Positions 53,439 to 61,881 of a DNA stretch of 64,000 bases are shown in pieces. The stretch is from a virus. Each line of letters opens with the position of its first letter. The stretch's first letter is position 1. The position numbers and the translations under genes were made by a program. The DNA lies in the IMG/VR virus record IMGVR_UViG_3300045988_149331, positions 32,001-96,000 of that record; one strand, 5' to 3'. The notes under the pieces are model-generated. The model was given only the letters and a program-made list of their open reading frames with translations, was not told the DNA's origin and made no database searches.

Positions 53439-54569
53439 TTATTCGCTTTCCAACTCGGCCTCTTCGAGCATCTTTTCACGCCAAGACTTGAGGTCCTTGT
53501 TGCGGGCTGCGGCGATGACCTTCTCCAACGTCTCCAGCGCCGGATTCTGGTCGTAGTAGTGCTGGTAGAGTTCGCGGTCAGATTTCCATTTCAACTTGCC
53601 GTTCATGAACGAGAAGACGGTCTTCGACGGCTTGGTGATGATACCACGTTCGACGGCATATTCGATGTCTTCGTCCGAGAGGATGATACCGTACCCCAAC
53701 AAGATACGGATGTAGGTCTTTTGGCGTGAACCAAAGTCGTTCTTAATGACCTTCACCTCTGAAATCTGAGCCACCTCCACGTCGTCGATCTTCTTCATCT
53801 CCGTTACACGCATTTGGAGACGTAGCGTCGGCATGAGTTCAACCCATTCTCCACCAGTACTTTTGCGTGACGTAGCGCCCATGACGTTTTGGTCGTACTG
53901 GTGATTAAGGATCACGAAATGGATCACGTTAGTGTAGCAAAGCCCAACCAATCCTTTGGCGAACATCTTAGCCGATTTAGCAAACGCCATCATCTTAGGC
54001 TCTTGTAACTTTTCCAGTTCTTCACCCTTGGCGGCAGCCTTGTCCATATTATCGACATTAGCGCGGAGGGCGTCATATTCGGCCTTGGAAAGCGTGGCAC
54101 CCAGCGAGTCCCAAAGAAAGAAGAACCGCGGCTTCTCCTTGATGCCGGCTTCGGCAAACAACTCGTGAGCGTCCTTGACGAACTTGCTCACGCGGACAAA
54201 CATTTGCTCCACGTAGCGGATTTTGATGATGACCACGCGCGAAGGGTCTATGCCTAATTGGACGGCGTAGTCCTTGTTATCGCGGTTTTCAGACGAAAGG
54301 ATACACGCCAGGCCGGTATCAGGATTCTCGGCCAGAAAGTATTTCATCGCCTCCAACCCCTCGGTGGTCTTACCGCTGCGGCTACGCCCGGCAATTTCGA
54401 TGATACCCGTCGGAAGGCCATAGGTGCGCAAGTTCCAGTTCAATTCCGGGCTGCCGGTATAAGCCCACGATTTGATCTCCGAAAAGCCGTCTTTCTTCTT
54501 GAAAGTGATGACGTCTTCAGAGTTGAACCTGGCGGCGAGTTTTGATAAAATTGATGATGTTTTAGCCAT
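53439..54569 (-). CDS. RecA/UvsX-family recombinase
   Basis: Walker A is GRSRSGKTTEG and the Walker B-like block is RFFFLWDSLGA. It is 376 aa and adjacent to the SSB-like and Mre11/Rad50 genes. Confidence 0.6.
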   Translation of the reverse strand: MAKTSSILSKLAARFNSEDVITFKKKDGFSEIKSWAYTGSPELNWNLRTYGLPTGIIEIAGRSRSGKTTEGLEAMKYFLAENPDTGLACILSSENRDNKDYAVQLGIDPSRVVIIKIRYVEQMFVRVSKFVKDAHELFAEAGIKEKPRFFFLWDSLGATLSKAEYDALRANVDNMDKAAAKGEELEKLQEPKMMAFAKSAKMFAKGLVGLCYTNVIHFVILNHQYDQNVMGATSRKSTGGEWVELMPTLRLQMRVTEMKKIDDVEVAQISEVKVIKNDFGSRQKTYIRILLGYGIILSDEDIEYAVERGIITKPSKTVFSFMNGKLKWKSDRELYQHYYDQNPALETLEKVIAAARNKDLKSWREKMLEEAELESE

Positions 54570-54642
54570 GATAAGGTTTAGTTAAAACGGCTGGCCAACT
54601 CGTAAGCCAGCCAGCCGCGGGAAAATGATGGAAACGCAGGAA

Positions 54643-55914
54643 CTATTTCTTGCCGAGTTTGGCGCGGATCGAAGCCAGCGAGCGGGCAGCAGGGCTTTCC
54701 TTTTCAGGTTCCGGTTCGTCGTCGAGTTCAGGTTCCGGCTCAGGCTCGGCCTCCGGTTCCGGCTCCTCGAGACCGAGGGCCTCGCGGATAGCGGCGCGAA
54801 TCTGATCGTCGGTCGTGGACTTGTAGACCTTCACCGTGTCGCCGAGACCGTTGTCGCGGATGAACGCCTTGAGTTCGGCGCGGTCCATGTCAGCCAGCGG
54901 ATCGTCGTCAGCGGCTGCGGGCTCCGGCTCTGCGTCAGGCTCGTCGTCGAGTTCAGGTTCCTCCTCCACAGGCTCCGGTACGCGAACGCCCGGACGGTTC
55001 TTCTTGGTGCGAACGGGCGGCACGTCGTCTTCCTCGTCAACGTCACGACGTTTGGCGGCTTTCTTGGTGACCTTCTTCTTGGGCTCGTCGTCGGACTCGG
55101 CGTACTGAGCGCGGACCTTCTCCACGATCTCCAGCCATTCGTCGTCGCTGAAGATGTCGATACCGTTGGCCTCGTCGAAATTCTGGAGACCCTCCAGCGC
55201 TTTCTCGAACATTTCCAGCGTGTACGTTCCGGCGACCTCCTCGATGGGCTTCAGTTTCATGAACTTTTCGATGGCCTCGTCGGTCAGGGCGCATGCCTTG
55301 GGCTTCTTGCCGAGCGACACATCGTAGTAGTTCTCGCCCTTCTTCTTGTTGGGGTTCTTGATGTACTTGACGAACAGCGGCAGACCCTCGTCGGGATCGG
55401 TGAACGGATCAGTCTCGATGGGTTCGTCCTCGTCTTCAGTGATGGCCAGGCGGTTCAGCGCGTCACGAACCGACTTCTTGAACTCCCACAGTTTGGGTTC
55501 CATGCCGTCTTCCTTCACCTCAGCGGCGTAGCACAGCCACGTCAGCGAAGGCAGCAGGCTGTCGCGCTGTGCCGTAACAGCAGCCACGGCGGCTTCCGAG
55601 CCATGCGTCTTGACGTAGGCTACATACTCCTGGACGATGTCCATTGCGGTCTTGGCGTGGAACACAGAGTCCAGTACCGTACCGCGGCGATCGTCGCCGG
55701 CGTCAGTCACGAACGGCAGCCAGTAGCACTTGCGTGGTACGTAGAAATTGTCGTGGCCGGGGTGAGCCGGGAAGATGCGAATCTTCATCAGCCGCCCGTC
55801 CTCCAGCTGAAGGAACTCGGCGTTGCCGTTGTTGAGCATCGAGTTGTCTTCGTCGATGCGGGCTTTGAGTTTCTTGATTGGCGTTGCTTTAAGCAACTTT
55901 CGAGCATCATTCAT
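54643..55914 (-). CDS. Putative ssDNA-binding protein with acidic Pro/Glu-rich low-complexity C-terminal third
   Basis: The call rests on position next to the recombinase and on acidic tracts (EEEPELDDEPDAEPEPAAADDDP and EEPEPEAEPEPEPELDDEPEPE). No diagnostic OB motif was recognised. Confidence 0.35.
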   Translation of the reverse strand: MNDARKLLKATPIKKLKARIDEDNSMLNNGNAEFLQLEDGRLMKIRIFPAHPGHDNFYVPRKCYWLPFVTDAGDDRRGTVLDSVFHAKTAMDIVQEYVAYVKTHGSEAAVAAVTAQRDSLLPSLTWLCYAAEVKEDGMEPKLWEFKKSVRDALNRLAITEDEDEPIETDPFTDPDEGLPLFVKYIKNPNKKKGENYYDVSLGKKPKACALTDEAIEKFMKLKPIEEVAGTYTLEMFEKALEGLQNFDEANGIDIFSDDEWLEIVEKVRAQYAESDDEPKKKVTKKAAKRRDVDEEDDVPPVRTKKNRPGVRVPEPVEEEPELDDEPDAEPEPAAADDDPLADMDRAELKAFIRDNGLGDTVKVYKSTTDDQIRAAIREALGLEEPEPEAEPEPEPELDDEPEPEKESPAARSLASIRAKLGKK

Positions 55915-56678
55915 TTGTTTTTAATTTTATTATGATGAGTAATATGAAAGCCTTTTGGAATTTCTTCCCCTATTTTTATACGTTTTATCGACTCACCGTC
56001 GGTTATATAAACCCTGTTAGAATTAGAAGCACCGATTTTTCGTTTCGTTTCCTCAGACAACGGTTTTCTTTTTACGCCGCGAATAGAAGCACTTAAACGG
56101 CGTTTTGCTTCTTCAGACATTTTGCGTCTTAGTATCAATTTATCCTCGGGGTGTTCGATGTAGCGTTTTCTTTGCGCTTCCGACATGCGGAGACGTGATT
56201 CAATACTATGTTTTAAGGTCCCATTTTTACGTTTACTTTCGATTGCTTTAGCAATAGATTCTTTGCTCCTTTTTCGTCCTTTCATTGCCATTGATATTTT
56301 TCTCCGCGTTTCATCTGTAAGTCTTTTATTCTTGTGAAACGTAGAATTTTTAAGCCGAGATGATGGCAATTTTGACGGGTTTATATCAGAAGAGCTTACA
56401 TTTCCATCTGCAATATTGTATCCAAATTTATGGTCTTGTGTTTTGTATAGTTTTATATACACATATTCCCACATGTTCAAATCGTGAGTAGTCGTACAAT
56501 ATCTCAGAATCCGACGTTCAAAATTCTCGCGACCGTATTTAGCAATGGCCTTAATTATGAGAACGCCGCTACCGAGATAGTAGTTGTCCCAATATTCGCT
56601 TCCTAATGTGTGTTGGCCGACATACTTTTTACCGTTTACTTTATTTGTCGTAAGATATATAAATCCCTTGTATTTCAT
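55911..56678 (-). CDS. Free-standing GIY-YIG homing endonuclease with NUMOD3-like repeats
   Basis: GFIYLTTNKVNGKKYVGQH and YLGSG..IIKAIAKYGRENF are the GIY-YIG blocks. The repeated DNA-binding modules include ETRRKISMAMKGR, EEAKRRLSASIRG and EETKRKIGASNS. Its stop overlaps the SSB-like start in an ATGA. Confidence 0.8.
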   Translation of the reverse strand: MKYKGFIYLTTNKVNGKKYVGQHTLGSEYWDNYYLGSGVLIIKAIAKYGRENFERRILRYCTTTHDLNMWEYVYIKLYKTQDHKFGYNIADGNVSSSDINPSKLPSSRLKNSTFHKNKRLTDETRRKISMAMKGRKRSKESIAKAIESKRKNGTLKHSIESRLRMSEAQRKRYIEHPEDKLILRRKMSEEAKRRLSASIRGVKRKPLSEETKRKIGASNSNRVYITDGESIKRIKIGEEIPKGFHITHHNKIKNK

Positions 56679-56714
56679 AACGAAGATTTATCATCTTATA
56701 ACTGACCTCTTAAG

Positions 56715-57251
56715 TCATTCGTCTTCGTCAGGAATCAGTTGGCGGCGTTTACGAACCTTCGCCACGGAATTGGCCTTGGCTTGAAGCAGGTGCTCTTCGA
56801 TGTCGCCAGCGGGAATCGACAGCGACAACTTATCGAGTTTGGCCGACTTGTCCTTGGCCGAAAAGAGAAGCGAAGCCGCATAGTCGCGAGTCTTTTGAGC
56901 CTCATGCAGTTTCATTTTGTTAGCCTTGTAAAGCGGGTTCTTGACTACTGCGGTGTTTACCTCATCGACGGTGGGGGCTTTCTTGCGGTCTTCTTCGCTG
57001 TTGAGTTCAGCACGCACCTGTTCGCGGATCTTGGCTTCGAAGATATCGCAGTTCAGTTTGGTTTCAGCCAGCGAACGTTCGGCGTCGGCCAGCAACAACC
57101 CCAGACGGTTTACGATCACCGGGAAGGTGATAATTTCGCCAACGAGGTTCTCATAGTGAATCGTCAGCAGGTCATCGACGTTAATTTCGTCGTCGAATTC
57201 TTCGAACTCGATCTCGTAGACGTTTTTGCCGATCAGCAGTTTCCGTTTCAT
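56715..57251 (-). CDS. Hypothetical coiled-coil protein
   Basis: 178-aa ORF. Confidence 0.55.
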   Translation of the reverse strand: MKRKLLIGKNVYEIEFEEFDDEINVDDLLTIHYENLVGEIITFPVIVNRLGLLLADAERSLAETKLNCDIFEAKIREQVRAELNSEEDRKKAPTVDEVNTAVVKNPLYKANKMKLHEAQKTRDYAASLLFSAKDKSAKLDKLSLSIPAGDIEEHLLQAKANSVAKVRKRRQLIPDEDE

Positions 57252-57613
57252 TCTACAGGTTCTTGTTGGTTAACGTCGCCGGAACGTACACGACGAGTGA
57301 TCTCGATGATGAGGTAGTGAACGGCCTTTTCCAGGTCGCGGATCAGGCGACTCTTTTTGTGCCCTTGGGTGATGTACCGCTGGAGATAGCGCGTTACCTG
57401 GTAGATGTTGATGGCCGCACCATGGTCGTCACCATACAGCATCTTCTTGGTGTCGATGACCTTTTCGCCATCAGCGTACTTATCAGAGTAAGTCCTGGCG
57501 ATGTGGTTGATGGTCATCGCCAAAGCCTCGGCCGCTTCCGGCTCGGCGTCACACACACGCTCGATATCGTACGACACCTGCGCGAGTAGTTCGTTTCTTC
57601 GTTTTTGGTCCAT
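57248..57613 (-). CDS. DUF3310-like protein
   Basis: GAAINIYQVTRYLQRYITQGHKKSRLIRDLEKAVHYLIIEI fits the pattern ..KY..R...K.....DL.KA..YL. Confidence 0.4.
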   Translation of the reverse strand: MDQKRRNELLAQVSYDIERVCDAEPEAAEALAMTINHIARTYSDKYADGEKVIDTKKMLYGDDHGAAINIYQVTRYLQRYITQGHKKSRLIRDLEKAVHYLIIEITRRVRSGDVNQQEPVE

Positions 57614-57614
57614 G

Positions 57615-58274
57615 TTAAATGATATTTTTTAATAAATCGATGATATCATCCTCCGACGCGTACAGCGAATGCGACGTAGTGCAAATACCCATCTCAATGC
57701 ACGTATTTCGTAACGTTGAAACTGCCTTATAGTAGTTATCCTTACAGTAGGGCAGCAAGTTTAACGGCCATGAACGGTTGCCGATAGCCAATTCGCGGTT
57801 CAAAAAGTACAGCAGCGCCATCCAGTCTGCTACTTTCACAATAGCGTGCATCACGTCGTAGAACTTATCCTCTTTGGAGAACATTTTGACCACTTCGGAT
57901 TCCTCGCCAAACTCTTCCGTCAACTGGTGGTTAACGAACTTATCAAGCACGTTTCGGATTTCGCCGCCGTTGTAGTTGTTGTACTTGAGTTCGTGGGTGA
58001 TATCGCGGCGCAGAATGGCTTCGTCGAAGTCGTGCATCAACGCCAGTTTCAGCGTCTGGTATTTGAATAACCACACTTCGGCGCGTTGTGTGTCAGACGG
58101 CCACAAATATTCCAAGAGGCTCATCGCGAAGACCGAAACCTTAAACGAATGTTGTGACACGCTTTCCTGCTGGTGGCGGTCGTATTCCAACCACTGCTTG
58201 ATGTTATCCAACCGCGCCAAATAGTCACGGTTGAATAGCTTTATCAAATCTCCTTTGTTTCCTTTGTTTTCCAT
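57615..58274 (-). CDS. HD-domain phosphohydrolase, YfbR-like 5'-deoxynucleotidase
   Basis: QESVSQHSFKVSVFAMSLL supplies the His and LALMHDFDEAILRRDITHE supplies the HD..E motif. Start moved to MENKGNK (58274). Confidence 0.5.
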   Translation of the reverse strand: MENKGNKGDLIKLFNRDYLARLDNIKQWLEYDRHQQESVSQHSFKVSVFAMSLLEYLWPSDTQRAEVWLFKYQTLKLALMHDFDEAILRRDITHELKYNNYNGGEIRNVLDKFVNHQLTEEFGEESEVVKMFSKEDKFYDVMHAIVKVADWMALLYFLNRELAIGNRSWPLNLLPYCKDNYYKAVSTLRNTCIEMGICTTSHSLYASEDDIIDLLKNII

Positions 58275-58288
58275 ACGATTTTGTTTTA

Positions 58289-61132
58289 CTACTGTAGTAT
58301 TTCTAACCTTGTAGATGGACACGACTGGATGACCTTCTTGCCCGCAAAGAAATTAACGCGTCCTGATACAGCCACAACTCGGTTCAGCAGCGTCGCTTCA
58401 GTTTCAGGCTGGTATTTCCAAAAGTCAGCCCACAACGTGACTTGAACGATAAGGCTGTTGATTTCTACCTGCAATACGCCATACGTATCACCCCGCTTGG
58501 TTTGACGTTCGAATACGTTGTTAACACGCCCCACGATACACACCTCGTCACCTTCGTTTTTCTTCTCGAATTCAGGCGCAGTAACGTACAGCCGAACCAT
58601 CCGTTTTCCGAGACCATACTCGTTCAACATACGCGTGTAGTCCACTTCGCCATACCCGGTTATTTCGCGCTGTTTGAAGACCCACCAAGCGTTAGTATGG
58701 GCATCGGGAGTAGCGAATTCTTCAGGCAGTTCTTCGCCCCGGCGTTCGAGATATTGTTTGACGATATCTAACCGTTGACGCGGGTTGCGTACTCCTTCTA
58801 CAAGGTCGAACGCTCCGGCTGTTATCAACCGTAATACCACCGTGCGATTAACGCCCGTAGGGACTGACGTTATGAAGTCTTCGAAAGAAAACACCTCGCC
58901 GTGCTCAGCCTTCATTTGTTTGAGGAGCGTCAACGCCCGATCGCCGACGCCTTTAACCTTCCCCAGTGAGAAGAAGATACGATTGGTTTCAGGGTCGCAG
59001 GTAAACGTATCGCCCGAGAAATTGATATCCGGCGGACGCACCTCAATATCGACACCCGTCTTCTTCATTTCAACAAGCCGATACGGAATATCAGCCTCTT
59101 TGGAAGCGTACTGAAGCGACGTCGTCCAAAACTCCAACGGGTAGTTCACCTTAAACCACTGCGACCAGTACGACATCATGGTATAGGCCACGGCGTGAGA
59201 ATTACACGTTACCACACCACCGTCAGTCAAAAACGTGTGTGACACGTTGCCGCTCACCTCCACGTCATAGACTTTTTCTTCACCTACGCACTGAATATTG
59301 ACGATTTCTTCCAATCGTGTTAACAATCCCTTTTCACCCATTCGGTGACGCGGTAGCGTTTCAAAGTGGATTTTCTTATGACACGAATTACAGAGCCACA
59401 TCAGGTTGCTAACGTCATTATTCGCCCGATTCCCATCCATATGATGAGCCTCCATGCGTTTTCCCACTTTGCCGCACTTATCACACGGGCATCCGGCGTG
59501 TTGGCGTTTGAAATTTTCAAAGTCAACGGTGGGATGATATTCTTGACGCTGGAATCCGCACTGACCCTTCGTAGGATAGTTTTGAGACCTACCACGTTGG
59601 AACGAATAATCCTTATTCGTTTCTTCGTATCCAGCCCAGATATACAATCGAGCACCAACTGCCAAACCGCTATCTATAGACATTTCACCCGCCGGTGTCG
59701 GGAAGCGGTGATTAGACGTACAGCGTATCTTTTCGCCGGAACGTACAGTGATTTCGTAAACCGGACGCACACCTTCAAAACGGATGTCAACGATTTTATT
59801 ACGAACCAACCTGCCTTCGTCGTTTAACGACCAGCACATTCCGTACCCTGAACGAATATACTTATCGCTTAACGATTCGTGAGATAGCCATAAATCAGAC
59901 GTGCGATTCTTTATTTCGTACATCTCTTCGATAGTGGGAGCATACGAACCGCGCGTAATACCTACGCGACGAATACGTTCCGAACCTGCCAAGCACTTAT
60001 TGAAGCCGTACGAAGCGAACGCCAGCATCTTCTCCCAGACTTCAGAGGCTTGTTCAACGGCTCGTTTTTCCGCAACTCCTTTTGATTTTATCAAATTGGA
60101 ATATCCGTTAACGAACTTTTCCTTGAATTGAGCTAAGGCTGTGTGATTCTTTTTCTTAATGTACGTACGACACTCGTCGGATTCGATAGGCGTTAAACCT
60201 CCAACAACCATCGCTTTCATGATCTGCTCCTGGTAGGTGTACAACGAATAGGTATCACGAGTGATATCCTCCATCCCGGGGTCAAACTTTGGCTTCTTGC
60301 GGCCGTTCTTTATATCGACAAACGTTTCGTGCGCCTTCACATCCATCGGGCCTGGTCGGAACAGTGCCGTCATAGCGATTAGGTCGTCGAGACTTTGAGG
60401 TTTAGCCTCGCGACAGTAATTCATCAGTCCCATGGCTCCAAACTGGAATACGTCTTCACACCACCCACGCTGGAAATAACGGTAAACCTCTTCGTCGTTG
60501 AACGGAATGGCGTTAACGTCGATTTGCTCCCGACGGTTCTTGGCGATAAGTTTGATAATAGACGAGAACTTATCCAGCTGGTTAAGACCCAATATGTCCT
60601 CCTTCAAGAATCCGGACTTGTCAACATACTTGCCTTCCCACTCTGATACAAGCACATCGCCCATTTTCTTCATAGGCATCCACCCAAACAAGTCGATCGG
60701 GTTTCCATCCTCATCTTCCTGCGGTACAACAATGACCGCTGAGGGATGAATTGACGACGTTTTACACTGCGTAAGGGCGTATTTCGTCATATGGACCAAC
60801 TCGGGGTGATCCTGCACAAAACGGAACAATTCACGCGATGTAGCTGCGTAGTTAAACAAGTCACCCCACGTGTACTCGATTTGGTCGTCGATGTCCTTGG
60901 TGAGTTTGTTCATTACCGCGAACGGCACGCCCATGACCTTGCCGAAATCCTTCAAACATGTCTTGAGTTTCATGCGGGTGTACGTACCAACAGAGCACAC
61001 ATGATTGACGCCATAGCGTTTGGACATGTATTCCTTCACTGTATCCCGAAATGCAACAGGGAAATCGGCGTCCACGTCCGGCATGCTGTCCTGACGGGCA
61101 ATTTCGACTTTTTCTATTTTTAGAATCTTCAT
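58289..61132 (-). CDS. dnaE: DNA polymerase III alpha (DnaE-type), C-terminal piece, containing an intein
   Basis: SMPDVDADF carries the catalytic Asp pair, with FRPGPMD and YGFNK|intein|SHAVAY further on. The ATG at 61132 overlaps the TGA of the GIY-YIG gene (ATGA). An alternative upstream ATG is at 61159. Confidence 0.8.
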   Translation of the reverse strand: MKILKIEKVEIARQDSMPDVDADFPVAFRDTVKEYMSKRYGVNHVCSVGTYTRMKLKTCLKDFGKVMGVPFAVMNKLTKDIDDQIEYTWGDLFNYAATSRELFRFVQDHPELVHMTKYALTQCKTSSIHPSAVIVVPQEDEDGNPIDLFGWMPMKKMGDVLVSEWEGKYVDKSGFLKEDILGLNQLDKFSSIIKLIAKNRREQIDVNAIPFNDEEVYRYFQRGWCEDVFQFGAMGLMNYCREAKPQSLDDLIAMTALFRPGPMDVKAHETFVDIKNGRKKPKFDPGMEDITRDTYSLYTYQEQIMKAMVVGGLTPIESDECRTYIKKKNHTALAQFKEKFVNGYSNLIKSKGVAEKRAVEQASEVWEKMLAFASYGFNKCLAGSERIRRVGITRGSYAPTIEEMYEIKNRTSDLWLSHESLSDKYIRSGYGMCWSLNDEGRLVRNKIVDIRFEGVRPVYEITVRSGEKIRCTSNHRFPTPAGEMSIDSGLAVGARLYIWAGYEETNKDYSFQRGRSQNYPTKGQCGFQRQEYHPTVDFENFKRQHAGCPCDKCGKVGKRMEAHHMDGNRANNDVSNLMWLCNSCHKKIHFETLPRHRMGEKGLLTRLEEIVNIQCVGEEKVYDVEVSGNVSHTFLTDGGVVTCNSHAVAYTMMSYWSQWFKVNYPLEFWTTSLQYASKEADIPYRLVEMKKTGVDIEVRPPDINFSGDTFTCDPETNRIFFSLGKVKGVGDRALTLLKQMKAEHGEVFSFEDFITSVPTGVNRTVVLRLITAGAFDLVEGVRNPRQRLDIVKQYLERRGEELPEEFATPDAHTNAWWVFKQREITGYGEVDYTRMLNEYGLGKRMVRLYVTAPEFEKKNEGDEVCIVGRVNNVFERQTKRGDTYGVLQVEINSLIVQVTLWADFWKYQPETEATLLNRVVAVSGRVNFFAGKKVIQSCPSTRLEILQ
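59201..59995 (-). mobile_element. Intein (265 aa) with an HNH endonuclease domain in DnaE
   Basis: It starts CLAGSERIRRVG. Block B is CTSNHRF and the HNH motif is EAHHMDGNRANNDVSNLMWLCNSCHKKIH. It ends GGVVTCN with Ser as the +1 residue. Boundary codons were checked at 59993-59995 (TGC) and 59201-59203 (AAT). Confidence 0.8.
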
Positions 61133-61881
61133 TTCTTCCTTGGTTTCATTCCATACCAAAAACCGTCGGGGAGCGGACTGTCCTTCGGTATAACAGTATT
61201 TATTTCACCATTAGTTATTCTAACTTTGCCTTGCATAGGATTCGTGTATCCTTGTTCGTATTTTACGCGAAATTTTTCCCTTAACGCCTGACGTTGTTCC
61301 GCCGACCAACGATTATTCCAATTCGGATTGTTCTCACCTGCATAGCGGCCCTTCATTTTGGCAGATAATTGCGCCTTTTGCTCCGGCGTCCAGTAATTAC
61401 CGTAGTTTGGATTCTTTTCGCCGGCATATCGACCTTTTAAGGTTTGTGAAATTCTTTTCTTGTAATCGGTATTATCCAAAGTCATTTGACGCTTTTGATG
61501 AATTCTTTTCATCACTTCCGGATGATCCTTGAATGTCTTTTTAAGCGAACGTGAAACTTTAGCCGCAACCTCTGGTATCAACACGGGCGAACCGCTTCCA
61601 AACTTATTCGCCGAACCCGGTAATATGTTGTAGCCAATCTTTTTATTGGCGGAATCGAATTTCTTGATGTAGAGCATCTCCCAGGCGTCGAGTTGTAGTT
61701 GAGTGTCGCAAATGCGAAGTGTTTCGCGCTTGAAGTTCTTTCGGCCGTAACGCTTAATCGCGTTCGTCAAAGATATGCCGCTACCTAAATAACCATCAAA
61801 CTCATCCGTATCGCACCAGTGTTGGCCTATGTAAATTCTTCCATTAACGAGGTTTGTCGTTTTGTAAATTATACCTTGCAT
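61129..61881 (-). CDS. GIY-YIG homing endonuclease inserted between the two dnaE pieces
   Basis: GIIYKTTNLVNGRIYIGQH and YLGSGISLTNAIKRYGRKNF are the GIY-YIG blocks. Repeated NUMOD3-like modules follow. It is a paralog of 55911..56678. Confidence 0.8.
   Translation of the reverse strand: MQGIIYKTTNLVNGRIYIGQHWCDTDEFDGYLGSGISLTNAIKRYGRKNFKRETLRICDTQLQLDAWEMLYIKKFDSANKKIGYNILPGSANKFGSGSPVLIPEVAAKVSRSLKKTFKDHPEVMKRIHQKRQMTLDNTDYKKRISQTLKGRYAGEKNPNYGNYWTPEQKAQLSAKMKGRYAGENNPNWNNRWSAEQRQALREKFRVKYEQGYTNPMQGKVRITNGEINTVIPKDSPLPDGFWYGMKPRKK

Noticed and set aside
52367-53479. Upstream start of the Mre11-like ORF (MKRCSKRPSW...)
   Set aside because: It would overlap the recombinase gene by 41 nt. 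The internal MKKTAKYPVAILGFDPH start at 53422 immediately precedes the first phosphoesterase motif.
54625-55935. 436-aa plus-strand ORF, the longest + ORF in the track
   Set aside because: It lies exactly antisense to the SSB-like gene. It is Arg/Leu/Val-rich low-complexity sequence generated by the antisense of GAN/CCN codons, and no other gene in the window is on the plus strand. The same reasoning applies to 9580..10518, 13837..14673, 7312..8133, 36531..37280, 52724..53431 and the other + ORFs.
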